Shown: one piece after another, positions 43,190-53,925 of the stretch
Layout of the letters: each line of letters begins with the position of its first letter
Position numbering within the stretch: position 1 is the first letter of the stretch
Assembly: GCA_033648345.1 (NCBI GenBank)
Contig: GCA_033648345.1_4121.1
Reading direction: 5' to 3' (one strand)
DNA from: a phage
DNA: 64,000 nucleotides
Translations under genes and position numbers: made by a program
The notes under the pieces: generated by a model
Database searches by the model: none
What the model saw: the letters and a program-made list of their open reading frames with translations, nothing else
Told to the model about the DNA's origin: nothing

Positions 43190-43277
43190 ATGGAGACGGA
43201 TGTATTCAGTACTGAATCACCAGGGGAGGTTGTGATTCCCGATTCAGTAGTTTTAAAGCAGACCCGTATGTGCCTAT

Positions 43278-43369
<92 letters not shown>

Positions 43370-43388
43370 AGAGGTACTTCGAGTATGC

Positions 43389-43514
<126 letters not shown>

Positions 43515-43516
43515 TA

Positions 43517-43598
<82 letters not shown>

Positions 43599-43658
43599 GA
43601 AGAAACTGCTAAACAGCTTGAAGAACTTTGTAGTGCTGCACCTATGCCGACACTTGGC

Positions 43659-43719
<61 letters not shown>

Positions 43720-43770
43720 GCCTCCCCTCAATGCGAAAGAGTATGGCGACTTGTTGGTTATCTTACTTCT

Positions 43771-43849
<79 letters not shown>

Positions 43850-43866
43850 CAAAATAAAGGTACACT

Positions 43867-44283
43867 ATGAAATACAACATTGTTAAAATGGTGAACTATG
43901 TATTAAAAAACAACACATGGTCACTGCATGATGTACAAATAGAAGATATTGGTGAAGTTAGAGTATTTTGCTATGATCCAGATTTGAATCAAACCACAGA
44001 TTTGAGTAAATGTTTTAATATTTTTCTTGGTTATGAATTCAATAATCATTTTTATTCATTTGATGTGTATTTTGAACGAGTTAAAATCAGAATTGCTAAT
44101 GTAAATAGTGATTATTATGACACTAGAATTGAATTGAATTTTGACGATATTGATACTGAAGAAAAATTCTTTCAGTACTGCCTCGTTAACAACACATTAG
44201 GATTAACATTTGATGACATTAGTGCTATCCTTAAAGTTCAAAGATTGATTCCAGAAGAGGTATTAAATCCGTTAAATGACTAG
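43867..44283 (+). CDS. FQxS-module family protein
   Basis: TEEKFFQYCLV...LTFDDISAILKVQRL. Confidence 0.5.
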   Translation: MKYNIVKMVNYVLKNNTWSLHDVQIEDIGEVRVFCYDPDLNQTTDLSKCFNIFLGYEFNNHFYSFDVYFERVKIRIANVNSDYYDTRIELNFDDIDTEEKFFQYCLVNNTLGLTFDDISAILKVQRLIPEEVLNPLND

Positions 44284-44641
44284 TCTAATAGTACGTATAA
44301 TGCAAGATGTTTGTAATAACCTTTATACAGGCAATTTTGACGATCCGAACATAAAAATATTATGTTATGATGGTTTTACAATGGTACATCCAGCCTATTC
44401 AAATAATATCTACGTAGCATATACAGGTGAAAATCTATTATATCAATTTGATATATATAGTACAATGACAAAGATAATTTTGGATGCATCTAAACCAGCA
44501 ATCTTTATTGCTTCTCATGATTACCATTACACTGAAGAATCACTATTTCAGTACTCAATGATTAATGACATTGGTGGGTTGACATTGGATGAGGTTAATG
44601 CTATACTAGCTGTCTCACGTTTGGTTAAAACCCACAATTAG
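44276..44641 (+). CDS. FQxS-module family protein
   Basis: TEESLFQYSMI...LTLDEVNAILAVSRL. Confidence 0.5.
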   Translation: MTSLIVRIMQDVCNNLYTGNFDDPNIKILCYDGFTMVHPAYSNNIYVAYTGENLLYQFDIYSTMTKIILDASKPAIFIASHDYHYTEESLFQYSMINDIGGLTLDEVNAILAVSRLVKTHN

Positions 44642-44650
44642 GAGATTCAT

Positions 44651-44842
44651 ATGTTCTGGAATTTATTATGCTTGTTTGGTCGTACATTGGTTCTTGCTAT
44701 TATTCATACACCTGGTATTCGTAATTATGTTTCTTATGAATTTAAGAAAAATTATCACAACAATACTGAAGTTCGTACAACTAAGATGTGCAAAGACTTC
44801 AAGGTGGATGTTCCACCATTCAAGAAGTACGAGGATGAATAA
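44651..44842 (+). CDS. hypothetical protein
   Basis: 63-aa ORF. Confidence 0.35.
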   Translation: MFWNLLCLFGRTLVLAIIHTPGIRNYVSYEFKKNYHNNTEVRTTKMCKDFKVDVPPFKKYEDE

Positions 44843-45126
44843 TGGAATTCATTGTTGCACCTGATGAACTTAAAACATTCACGTTCAGAGATAATAACAA
44901 TTATCCTTATACAAATCATTCATTGAATTCATTACATGTTATTGCAATCATTGCATCTGAATACAGGGATAATCCATGTATTGATTTTAAAACCACTGAT
45001 GGCGAATATACATGGGTGATCCCAAAAGATAAATATAGTTATCAAGGGGCAGTAGAAATTCGTGACTCGATTCTAAAACAAATCGAAGATGGAAATACTC
45101 ATCCTAAACTAAACACTCAGTACTGA
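44842..45126 (+). CDS. hypothetical protein
   Basis: 94-aa ORF. Confidence 0.4.
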   Translation: MEFIVAPDELKTFTFRDNNNYPYTNHSLNSLHVIAIIASEYRDNPCIDFKTTDGEYTWVIPKDKYSYQGAVEIRDSILKQIEDGNTHPKLNTQY

Positions 45127-45317
45127 AATCGTTTAACCGGATAGCTTCTAGTCGGTACTGAATTCCTCCTTTTGTCTAGAAGCTATCACTCTTTTAAAGT
45201 ATAATGATATCACCCTCATGGTTCATTATATTCGTTACCCTCTAACAGTATCTTTTTATTCCTCTTTGATACTGTATTTTAGAAGTTGACATTTTTACTT
45301 CTACTGTGTTATACTTA

Positions 45318-45348
45318 AGGCTGATTCATTATGAATCGGCCTTTTTTC
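45318..45348 (+). terminator. rho-independent terminator
   Basis: aggctgattc ... gaatcggcct hairpin then TTTTTT. Confidence 0.55.
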
Positions 45349-45365
45349 TTGTGGGGATTAATGTA

Positions 45366-45782
45366 ATGAATAAAGAAGTTATTAGTTTAATGGATGAGTA
45401 TATCAACCAAACATATCGTTTTATATTTTTTAATGCATTTGAGTCCAGGACAACGTATCATTCTGGTGAATATGAGATAACAACTGGATCATTTCTTAAC
45501 GGATACATGGAGTTTTTAGAACAAAGCGATAATGTTTTCATTTCCATATCTGAAAAACATGGTGATGATTATGTTATTGATGTATGGCCTAATAAAGTAG
45601 AGATTGACACTACAAAGAAAATTGTAATTGATGTGGACGAATCATTGTATGATTTAACTGAAGATATGTATATGCAACTAAATTTCGTATACGATCTAAC
45701 TAACATAAGTTATTCTAATCTAAGTAAATTATTTTATATTTGTGGTGTACTACATAAAAACGTACAACAAAATAAAGGATAA
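45366..45782 (+). CDS. FQxS-module family protein (variant)
   Basis: TEDMYMQLNFV; start moved to ATG downstream of the terminator (ORF-track start 45306 lies inside the hairpin). Confidence 0.45.
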   Translation: MNKEVISLMDEYINQTYRFIFFNAFESRTTYHSGEYEITTGSFLNGYMEFLEQSDNVFISISEKHGDDYVIDVWPNKVEIDTTKKIVIDVDESLYDLTEDMYMQLNFVYDLTNISYSNLSKLFYICGVLHKNVQQNKG

Positions 45783-45790
45783 ACATTTAA

Positions 45791-46195
45791 ATGTTGAAAA
45801 TTCCACCACATACACTATCTATGCTAATTGAAAATGGTGTAATATTTTCTGAAGGGTGTAGTTCATTCTATACATGTGACGTAGACCCGTACACATTTGA
45901 ATACCGTTCATTTAAAAATACATTGAGTGTTCCATGTGAAGCTTCTGACAACATTGTACTTGTCGTTTCGTTCTATGGTGTGCCAAAATTCTTCATTGAT
46001 ATATATTATGATTCTTTTAAGATACAAACATACGATCATTTTCTTGGTGAAGTGCTCTTGCAAATGCAGATTGAACATGTTACTATAGATGAAGATATGT
46101 TCTTTCAGCTATCTACATTATACGATATGTGTGGATTGTCAGTTGACAACATAAATGGTATCTTTGAAATTGCCAGAACCCTACGAGGAAGATGA
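45791..46195 (+). CDS. FQxS-module family protein
   Basis: DEDMFFQLSTL...LSVDNINGIFEIARTL. Confidence 0.5.
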   Translation: MLKIPPHTLSMLIENGVIFSEGCSSFYTCDVDPYTFEYRSFKNTLSVPCEASDNIVLVVSFYGVPKFFIDIYYDSFKIQTYDHFLGEVLLQMQIEHVTIDEDMFFQLSTLYDMCGLSVDNINGIFEIARTLRGR

Positions 46196-46196
46196 T

Positions 46197-46604
46197 ATGG
46201 TCAAAATTTTAAGTGATAATGCAGTTGATATTGTCATTGATGTACTTGAAAACAGTAATACATTTGAGAAGAAACACAGTACTGTATACTTCGGTAAAGA
46301 TTGTTGGCTGAACTATACATCTGATAGTTCATTTATAATTCGTGTTGAAAAGGGTGATATTGGATTAACGATACATGCTTCCTATACTAAAACAATCACT
46401 GTTATTGCCAACAAACCAAGTACTTCTGATTTCTGGGATAGAATTGATGATTGTGACCATTTCATGTCAACATTCTATAAAACAGAAGAAGAACATTTCA
46501 TGGATAGTACTGTCAAAGAATTAGCTATTCCATTTAAACTTATGAAAGCTGCAAGAGATTTTATTTTAAAATACAAAAAAATAGGAGTTGATGATGCAAT
46601 TTAA
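46197..46604 (+). CDS. FQxS-module family protein (variant)
   Basis: TEEEHFMDSTV; start at ATG after AGGAAG RBS. Confidence 0.45.
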   Translation: MVKILSDNAVDIVIDVLENSNTFEKKHSTVYFGKDCWLNYTSDSSFIIRVEKGDIGLTIHASYTKTITVIANKPSTSDFWDRIDDCDHFMSTFYKTEEEHFMDSTVKELAIPFKLMKAARDFILKYKKIGVDDAI

Positions 46605-47040
46605 TGGTAAGGTTTCTAAAGTAGGTTTAGTTTTTGAAAATTGTGAGTTCATTGATATTGATGTAAAGAATGTTTTATGGATGCATATTGCTGACGTGAA
46701 AACTCTTTGTAGTCGTTTTTCCAACGGTCTAACTATTAGTACTGGTATTGGTGAGTTCGGTATTGCATTGCGTAGTGATACACCATCGGATTTCATGGAT
46801 AACTCTACACTGTTAGACCGTTTAAAAATGCGTGATGTTACACACGTTTATCTTTATGATACTAATGGTGTTGAACAGCGTTATGTAGTTGAATGGGCTA
46901 ATTATAACCTTAGTGATCAATATTCAGTAAACCAGCGTGTTCAACTCACCCCTGGTGGTAATATTGTGTTTGTTAGTTCAACTGGTAAATTAATCAGTGT
47001 AGATGATGAAAGTATTGATCTATTCACTTCATATAACTAA
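46588..47040 (+). CDS. hypothetical protein
   Basis: 150-aa ORF. Confidence 0.45.
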   Translation: MMMQFNGKVSKVGLVFENCEFIDIDVKNVLWMHIADVKTLCSRFSNGLTISTGIGEFGIALRSDTPSDFMDNSTLLDRLKMRDVTHVYLYDTNGVEQRYVVEWANYNLSDQYSVNQRVQLTPGGNIVFVSSTGKLISVDDESIDLFTSYN

Positions 47041-47051
47041 TACGAGATAAT

Positions 47052-47471
47052 ATGAAAACAATCAAAACACATTTCAAAGATACATGGACAGAAGTAAGTA
47101 CTGGTAATATTCAAGATATTTTATACAGTACTGAAACTATTCATGTCTATGATGAAGAGACAGCCGCCGAGCAGTTAAAGGCATTGCATCGTAGTGTAGG
47201 TGAACACACCGAGTACGGTGTCAAACATACTCGTGAATTGGTAAGTACTGATCATATTGACACCCGCACTGTAAATCTATCAAAAGAAGAAATGTTTGAT
47301 TTTATTCTAAACAATACTTTAACAATTCAACCAGATGGATCACTATACAGTAAAACAGATGGTACACAAGTTAGTAAAAAGTACAATGTGACCATCAATG
47401 ATACGGTGATGTCTGGATATGATTTAGTTGATGCAATCAACGAGTACGTTTCTATGCAGAGGTTGAAATGA
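47052..47471 (+). CDS. hypothetical protein
   Basis: 139-aa ORF. Confidence 0.45.
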   Translation: MKTIKTHFKDTWTEVSTGNIQDILYSTETIHVYDEETAAEQLKALHRSVGEHTEYGVKHTRELVSTDHIDTRTVNLSKEEMFDFILNNTLTIQPDGSLYSKTDGTQVSKKYNVTINDTVMSGYDLVDAINEYVSMQRLK

Positions 47472-47833
47472 TTAATCTGATATATTTTACAATTATTTGT
47501 TGCATTACTATTGTACTTTGTCGTCTAATTCATGTATACTCATATCATAAAGCGTTGAGAATCGAACAAGAGATTTACAACGAAAACCGTGAGCCAGAGC
47601 CAGAGAAGCTACCCCGCTCACCATATGCATTGAAGCGTGAGATGCATTCGGAGAGTAAGAAGTGGGGTTATGCAATAACCAAGCATGGTTATATCTACAC
47701 TGCTGCAAATGGCTATTTTCAAATTCACCATGATCTTTCAGTTGCGATTGGAATTTTATGGGAAATGGAGGATATAGGTGGTTATGAGCGTACTAAATTT
47801 CCAAACTTACAAAATGATCCAGGAACTTCATGA
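47468..47833 (+). CDS. hypothetical membrane protein
   Basis: N-terminal TM helix. Confidence 0.4.
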   Translation: MINLIYFTIICCITIVLCRLIHVYSYHKALRIEQEIYNENREPEPEKLPRSPYALKREMHSESKKWGYAITKHGYIYTAANGYFQIHHDLSVAIGILWEMEDIGGYERTKFPNLQNDPGTS

Positions 47834-47987
47834 AGAACATGATATAATTGTAGATGTAGAAAAGAAGGAAGTTGTTATGAAGAAGCAAGCATATCGCATC
47901 TTAGACAACTTCTATCTTAAGGCATTTATAATGAAGTTCTGTGCAGACGAGCACTTAACAGGACGTGTTATACGCAAGGAGTCGTAG

Positions 47988-48329
47988 ATGGACATGAGTT
48001 CAACAATTCAGTACTTGAGCGAGAATTTTGTCAAAATCATTTCACGTGGTGGTATGATTGTGCATCCTGAAACTGAAGATATGTATATCATTCGTTTTGA
48101 TGCAAATTCTTATGATCAAGTACTTGTTGTTTCGAAATTAGTAGGTTATAATGAAGTCGTTCAGTTCTGCTGTACCGAGTTCGGTATCTATATTAAAGAT
48201 GCAGAAACCAATGAGATTTCACATTATTTTTATCACACACTGATGGGTACTAAAGATTTTGGATTGAAATTCAATGATTTAGTACAATGTCACTATATGT
48301 TTAAAACATACCCAGCATCTGGGAAATAA
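47988..48329 (+). CDS. hypothetical protein
   Basis: 113-aa ORF. Confidence 0.45.
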   Translation: MDMSSTIQYLSENFVKIISRGGMIVHPETEDMYIIRFDANSYDQVLVVSKLVGYNEVVQFCCTEFGIYIKDAETNEISHYFYHTLMGTKDFGLKFNDLVQCHYMFKTYPASGK

Positions 48330-48340
48330 GGAGTAACAAT

Positions 48341-49156
48341 ATGAGCAACATTTTCTTCAAAACCATTTCCTTCAAAAAAGAATCTTACTCTTACGCTTAT
48401 GTAGATGGTAAAGTACTCAATATCGTTCTAGATGGTGTTGATGTGCCTGTTCAATTTACCAGCCATCAAGAAGCGATTGAGGGTGCTCAAGAGCTTAACA
48501 GCTTACTAAATGGTATTGAGAAGAAACCTGAAGTTAAATCTGACCTTGATTTATTGGTTGACAAAATTAAAAGTGGTGAACTATTATCAATTCTAGACCA
48601 GTGTAATGAAAAATTACGTGGTGTTGTTGGTGATGTACGTACTACAGTTCAAGATCGTCTACTTGAGCAAGCATTCAAAGAAGTTACTAAGAAAACTGAA
48701 GAACGTGTTGAAGGTATGATTAAAAACATTGATGACGTTCTCACTCATATGTTCACCAAGCCATACGAATCAAGTACTGATTCTGAAGAGAAACAAGAAG
48801 AACCAGTAGAACGCACCAAGCCATCTATTGTTACTAAAGTTAAACATAGTTTTGGTTCACTGGATGATGTATTTGGATTTACAAATGTACGTGTTAGTAC
48901 TGATGAAAAGCCAGAAGTTGATGAAATGCTAATTGGTGACATGACAACTGGTCAACTCAAAAAAGAGATTGATACCTTTGTTAATGAACTAATTAGTTCT
49001 GAACGTGCTGAAAATATGTTTAGCAGTATTTCAGCTAACTTCGGTAAAGAAGCAACTGAGCAAGCAGTACAGGCATTCAAAGATTTGATTTACACTGTTG
49101 CAATTGCTAATCCAGAACAAACACTGGAAGAAGTTCTACGTAAAAACTTCAAATAA
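48341..49156 (+). CDS. hypothetical protein
   Basis: 271-aa ORF. Confidence 0.5.
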   Translation: MSNIFFKTISFKKESYSYAYVDGKVLNIVLDGVDVPVQFTSHQEAIEGAQELNSLLNGIEKKPEVKSDLDLLVDKIKSGELLSILDQCNEKLRGVVGDVRTTVQDRLLEQAFKEVTKKTEERVEGMIKNIDDVLTHMFTKPYESSTDSEEKQEEPVERTKPSIVTKVKHSFGSLDDVFGFTNVRVSTDEKPEVDEMLIGDMTTGQLKKEIDTFVNELISSERAENMFSSISANFGKEATEQAVQAFKDLIYTVAIANPEQTLEEVLRKNFK

Positions 49157-49173
49157 GATATAGATAAAAGAAA

Positions 49174-49199
49174 AGCCACTACAATGTAGTGGCTTTTTT
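49174..49199. terminator. bidirectional rho-independent terminator between convergent genes
   Basis: agccactac-aat-gtagtggct hairpin flanked by A-run on one side and T-run on the other. Confidence 0.65.
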
Positions 49200-49200
49200 G

Positions 49201-50358
49201 TTATGCGTTATAACCAACAATGACTACAGTACAGCCAAATGGTTCAACAACTTTTAATACAACATTATCATTTGCATCGAGTTCAACTTCACTTAGAACA
49301 ACATGATTGTCTTCAGCATATACTTGAACTTGTGGGAGGATTTTACCATGTTCACTGACAGGAATGGACAGTGTGTACATAGAATCACCATCAACTACCC
49401 AATCACTATCGGTATACGTGTTGTGATATGGAGTGGTGTGTAAGGTTTTACCAATAATACTCAATGAGATTGGAGCGTCATCAGTTTGGTACACAGTAAT
49501 ATTACCGCTAGGATCTACAATGAGGTCTACTCCAATTTGGAATAAATCACCACTGTATGCTTGTAGAGCAAGATACTCACCACGCTCATGCACAGTAGCT
49601 GGTACAGTTGCCATGTACATACCATCGGACGTGTACTCAAACTGAGATAGAAGTACTGAAGTAACGAAGTCAATATCTTCGCCGCTTTCTAGTATATCAA
49701 ATTCAATAGTTTTGGTATTATATATGTCAGAAGTGAGTATGATGGTTCCTTTACCGGATTGAGTAATTGGATCAACTGGAATACTAAAAACATCATCAAT
49801 TATTTCAGTTGTGAAGTACTCGGTTCCGTCAGGAAGTATAACGGTAATACGCATTCCAGTTGTATCAATGGCTGAACCTGCGTTGAATAGGCGACCACCT
49901 ACCAAATCATCACCTACGAACGTTGGGAACATAAGGATGTTGTCTATATCTCTATCTATAATCCCGCATTCAGGGGTGTACATATTATATAGTGTTTGTG
50001 AACTACCTAGAATTGTTTTGTGCAAAAGAAACTTATAAACAAACCCAGTAGGATCTGATTCAAGTTTAGCATCTGAGTATCCTCTTACGAAAAAAGAGTT
50101 CTTTCTTATTTCACTTAGGATTTGGTCATTAGTTTTGTTGTAGTTTAATTGATATCCTTGTATATCCTTTGTTGTAATTTGTACTTTACGATAAATTACA
50201 TTACTTACAGGATCAAGTAAATCATATAATCTATGGCTTCTCTGACGATAGATTCGAACATTTTTGAGTTTAGTCCCATCGTTGAGAATTGCACCATCGA
50301 CTACATATCCACATTCACCGAACTTATATCGTCCAGCAGCAGCAATCGATCTTGACAT
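49201..50358 (-). CDS. hypothetical protein (385 aa, beta-rich), only sizeable minus-strand gene in the window
   Basis: Long minus-strand ORF with GGAGGG RBS; convergent terminator at 3' end; divergent promoter region at 5' end. Confidence 0.6.
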   Translation of the reverse strand: MSRSIAAAGRYKFGECGYVVDGAILNDGTKLKNVRIYRQRSHRLYDLLDPVSNVIYRKVQITTKDIQGYQLNYNKTNDQILSEIRKNSFFVRGYSDAKLESDPTGFVYKFLLHKTILGSSQTLYNMYTPECGIIDRDIDNILMFPTFVGDDLVGGRLFNAGSAIDTTGMRITVILPDGTEYFTTEIIDDVFSIPVDPITQSGKGTIILTSDIYNTKTIEFDILESGEDIDFVTSVLLSQFEYTSDGMYMATVPATVHERGEYLALQAYSGDLFQIGVDLIVDPSGNITVYQTDDAPISLSIIGKTLHTTPYHNTYTDSDWVVDGDSMYTLSIPVSEHGKILPQVQVYAEDNHVVLSEVELDANDNVVLKVVEPFGCTVVIVGYNA

Positions 50359-50474
50359 TCATCCCTCCATTGGTATAATTATTATAACGTATTTATTCTA
50401 GATAGGTAAAAAAGCACCTTGACTGAGTTGTGTTTTTGACGTATACTTAAATGGAATATCAATAAGGGGATTTT

Positions 50475-51059
50475 ATGAGTGTTGTAGAAAAACGTTTAGT
50501 ACTGAAAAATGGTAAAATGACTGTTAAGCTATACAAAGATGAAGCTGATTCTTTTATGGCTAAAGCAATTGAGAAATCCGAACGATATAAAATTCTTGCA
50601 CCTGCAAGTAAATCGCCGTATGGATTTAATCACGCTCACAGTCATTTTGTGGGGATGGTATGTGAACATGCGTCATTTGTACTTTTTAATGAAATTGAAA
50701 ACTATTCAGGTATTGCACTTAACATTGATCCAGCGTTCCAAAGTGATGGTCGTGATGGTGAATGTGATATCAAAGTAAACAACTTAAGAATTGAAGTGAA
50801 AGGCATCAAGTACAAATCGTGGACAGACTTTGGACCATGTGTTAGTACTCGACAGTTAAAAAATATACAGAAAAAAGCTGACGTTATTCTGTGGGTATTG
50901 TATAATGAGAAAAAGCAAGAATTCACATTTGAGGGATTCAACTATGTAAAAGACATTAGTTCGATTCCAGTTGTGCTAACAGGTGTACCAGGGCGACCAA
51001 TGATTGAAAATCACCCAGTACTGAGTATTATTAAACCACTTCAGGAGTTACCATTATGA
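50475..51059 (+). CDS. hypothetical protein, possible PD-(D/E)xK-fold nuclease
   Basis: DGECDIKVNNLRIEVKG resembles D-x(n)-E-x-K core; weak. Confidence 0.4.
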   Translation: MSVVEKRLVLKNGKMTVKLYKDEADSFMAKAIEKSERYKILAPASKSPYGFNHAHSHFVGMVCEHASFVLFNEIENYSGIALNIDPAFQSDGRDGECDIKVNNLRIEVKGIKYKSWTDFGPCVSTRQLKNIQKKADVILWVLYNEKKQEFTFEGFNYVKDISSIPVVLTGVPGRPMIENHPVLSIIKPLQELPL

Positions 51060-51283
51060 TTCAGGCAACTGTATATCAAGATATTAATGAAGAATTTAAT
51101 TCTAAAATTGCATTTTTATCCTTTCCCGTATTGCCAGCTATTGGTGCTACGTTGAATCTTACAATCTGTGGCTTTGAAAAATACTATGAAGTACTAGATA
51201 TTGAGTACTGTGCAGATGTTTATTCATGCAACAGTGAGATTGCTATTCCTGTGCAAATCGACATTATTGTAAAAGAGGTTTGA
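51056..51283 (+). CDS. hypothetical protein
   Basis: 75-aa ORF. Confidence 0.4.
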   Translation: MIQATVYQDINEEFNSKIAFLSFPVLPAIGATLNLTICGFEKYYEVLDIEYCADVYSCNSEIAIPVQIDIIVKEV

Positions 51284-51744
51284 TTATGTTTAAACACTTT
51301 CTAGTAATCACTGCTGTTGTATTCAGTACTTCCTGCTTTGTTGCACCAGCACATGCGGAAGACCAGCGTCAAACAATCAAGACGATTGGAACAGGGAAAG
51401 CCCAACCAAAACGTACTGCTGAAGAATACATGCCTGAGATGCGTGAACGTTACCGCCAGCAATACCGTGAAAAACATGCTAATGATAAGCCTATCAAAAA
51501 GCATAAATGGAATGTAGTCAAATCGCCATCGTTTTGTGCTGGGTATGCTAAGGTTAAGGATGAACAGCACAACAAGCAGTACTATAAAGATATGTACACA
51601 TTCTATGATTCGAGGATCTCGGATGATGACATGATGGCTGCTAAGGTTGATAAAGAAGAATTTCTTCAGGGTTATGACATGACCGATGATGACAAGATCA
51701 TGGAATGTGTTGAAGTATATGAAAAATACAGAGGTTTTGAATGA
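51280..51744 (+). CDS. secreted/periplasmic hypothetical protein
   Basis: Signal-peptide-like N-terminus MIMFKHFLVITAVVFSTSCFVAPAHA. Confidence 0.5.
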   Translation: MIMFKHFLVITAVVFSTSCFVAPAHAEDQRQTIKTIGTGKAQPKRTAEEYMPEMRERYRQQYREKHANDKPIKKHKWNVVKSPSFCAGYAKVKDEQHNKQYYKDMYTFYDSRISDDDMMAAKVDKEEFLQGYDMTDDDKIMECVEVYEKYRGFE

Positions 51745-52184
51745 CACTTTTGCTGATTCTAGGTTTATTAGTGTCATATTTCATTTTTCTTAACATCTTC
51801 TCTGATGCATCACATTTTGCATATGCTTCAGCTATTGCAAGACACGAAGGGATAAAGAAGTATATTCCTGCATTGTTATTCTCATATATGTACCATCCAA
51901 GGTACTTTACACTAGGTGTGTTTGACAAGTATGTATACGACGAAAAAGCACTCAATGAAATTGAATACTTTGTAAGAACTCATGCTAATAACAATCCAAA
52001 ATCATTAATTAACTTTACTGATAATCGTAAACGTGTTAGTATTAGAACTGACTTGTATCCTACCAGTCACTTTCATCTAGGTGATTGTAGTGTGTACAGG
52101 GTTAGATACGAAAACTTACTGTTACCACCATCACATATAAGATACATAGAAAAATACTTGTTGAAATGTGTTGACTCCAAATAG
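51741..52184 (+). CDS. hypothetical membrane protein
   Basis: N-terminal hydrophobic helix. Confidence 0.45.
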   Translation: MTLLLILGLLVSYFIFLNIFSDASHFAYASAIARHEGIKKYIPALLFSYMYHPRYFTLGVFDKYVYDEKALNEIEYFVRTHANNNPKSLINFTDNRKRVSIRTDLYPTSHFHLGDCSVYRVRYENLLLPPSHIRYIEKYLLKCVDSK

Positions 52185-52237
52185 TAAATGGCAGTATAAT
52201 AGCTTCGTACCGCAATAACTGACAAGAGGATTTAACG

Positions 52238-52696
52238 ATGGACGTATTAGCTACTCAATTCAAACGCAACGCAGAAGAACGTGAAGGTTACCTAAGTATC
52301 AGTGAAGTGGTTGAAGATGGATTCAAGCAGTACATTTTCAACAGTGCAATTAAACTGAAGCCAACAAAAGATTCACCGGACCGCAGCTTCACCAAGTGGA
52401 TTGCATTCTGGGAAGATTCACCAATTGCAATCGAAATGACTGTCATCACTACAGTACTGGAAACTGGTTACATCAAAGCAATTGTAGTTGATAAGAAAGT
52501 TCGTACTCTTGATGAAATCGGGACATACCCAGCACGTAACTCTAAAGTATTTGGGTGTTTAGTTGATGGTAAGTTTATGATTGAAAAAGATGCTAAGAAC
52601 TATGTAATTGATAAACTACAAACCAGTGCTACTAAACAGGAAGTCGTAGACCAGAACGCAGTGGATGCTATTAAAAAGGCATGGGGACTGAAATAA
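52238..52696 (+). CDS. hypothetical protein
   Basis: 152-aa ORF. Confidence 0.45.
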   Translation: MDVLATQFKRNAEEREGYLSISEVVEDGFKQYIFNSAIKLKPTKDSPDRSFTKWIAFWEDSPIAIEMTVITTVLETGYIKAIVVDKKVRTLDEIGTYPARNSKVFGCLVDGKFMIEKDAKNYVIDKLQTSATKQEVVDQNAVDAIKKAWGLK

Positions 52697-53118
52697 TGTT
52701 CACACTTAGCAATGCAAAGTATCTATTTCTTATTGCTATTATTGGTTGGGTGATGGCTCCAGTGCTTAATGCACTGGGGTTTCCAGACGGACATAAACTT
52801 GTAAATGTTTCAGGTGTAATCCAGGGCATTTCATGGTATTCATTGATTATATTTTCTATATGTATTCATACATTTGCACGTGATTGCCGCCGTCTGCTTT
52901 TTGTTAAAGTATTCGGTACTAAGAGATATAGTTTTGTGTTTACATTTATTTTAATACCATGTATTATCTATGCTTTTGTATTTGATTACTATACTTATCT
53001 GTGGGTGTGTGGTTCTATGTTTGTTATGTTGGAATATACAAGAACTGTTCAAAACTCATATGCTGATGAGTATTATGATCTTGAAGTTAAACGAAAATTA
53101 ACGGAGCTAAACAAATGA
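52681..53118 (+). CDS. hypothetical polytopic membrane protein
   Basis: Multiple hydrophobic segments. Confidence 0.45.
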   Translation: MGTEIMFTLSNAKYLFLIAIIGWVMAPVLNALGFPDGHKLVNVSGVIQGISWYSLIIFSICIHTFARDCRRLLFVKVFGTKRYSFVFTFILIPCIIYAFVFDYYTYLWVCGSMFVMLEYTRTVQNSYADEYYDLEVKRKLTELNK

Positions 53119-53540
53119 GGGGATACAATAAGATTTGTATTTTTGTATTTTTAGTTTGTGCAATCAATACATTTGGATATTACTGTACTGAAAACAACAT
53201 TTCATATGGTTTAAATCCTTTGTGGTTTACAATTGCCAATGTAGCACAAATTGGTATTGCTGTTATGTCTGCACTTATGTTCTGTCCAATTGTCACTATG
53301 GATACTGATCATGAAAGGCTGGGATTTATCCGTGATACTGGAGACGAACCTTACAGTAGATTGATTGTGTTGTATCCATTTATTGTTATTTTAGGTACTA
53401 ACATCCAACTTGGGTCTTTATCTAATAGTGTTACTTCAGCAGCCATTACAGTCTTTGCATTCACATTTTTTATGGTACACAAATCAGTACTCAAATGGCA
53501 CATCACCAAAATGGCAGAGAAAGGTACGGAAAACAGTTGA
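53115..53540 (+). CDS. hypothetical polytopic membrane protein
   Basis: Multiple hydrophobic segments. Confidence 0.45.
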   Translation: MRGYNKICIFVFLVCAINTFGYYCTENNISYGLNPLWFTIANVAQIGIAVMSALMFCPIVTMDTDHERLGFIRDTGDEPYSRLIVLYPFIVILGTNIQLGSLSNSVTSAAITVFAFTFFMVHKSVLKWHITKMAEKGTENS

Positions 53541-53599
53541 CGTGAGTTATTGAGTCATATATAATTATTACATCAAAACTGGGAAATGGTAAGGAACTT

Positions 53600-53851
53600 A
53601 TGAACATCGATAAGGTCAAAGAACTTAGTGAAGCACTAATTAAGAACGAAGAAGCTTGTGAAGAACTTCGCAGTACTATCAAAGTTGAGTACGCACGTCT
53701 TCAAGCTATGCTTCAGGAATCCGAATGGGTTGTAACTAAATCTATCGAAGCAATCTATAAGGATATCGAATCCCTTTTCAATAAGAAAAGCAAGTTTGAA
53801 TCTGATTCATATAACAAGCGTAAAGAATTGAATTCAGTACTCGGTATCTAA
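53600..53851 (+). CDS. hypothetical protein
   Basis: 83-aa ORF. Confidence 0.4.
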   Translation: MNIDKVKELSEALIKNEEACEELRSTIKVEYARLQAMLQESEWVVTKSIEAIYKDIESLFNKKSKFESDSYNKRKELNSVLGI

Positions 53852-53925
53852 AAGTATTTGACTTAACCAATAACATGGAGTACAATGTGCTCCTAATTTA
53901 ATTATCAGCTAAAAAGGAAAACATT

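Noticed and set aside
45306-45365. Upstream extension of ORF 45306..45782
   Set aside because: The first 60 nt coincide with a terminator hairpin and T-run; the downstream ATG at 45366 (MNKEVISL) is the more plausible start.
47778-47987. ORF 47778..47987 (69 aa)
   Set aside because: Overlaps the 3' end of the preceding gene by 56 nt with no clear RBS; may be real with a later start but left unannotated.
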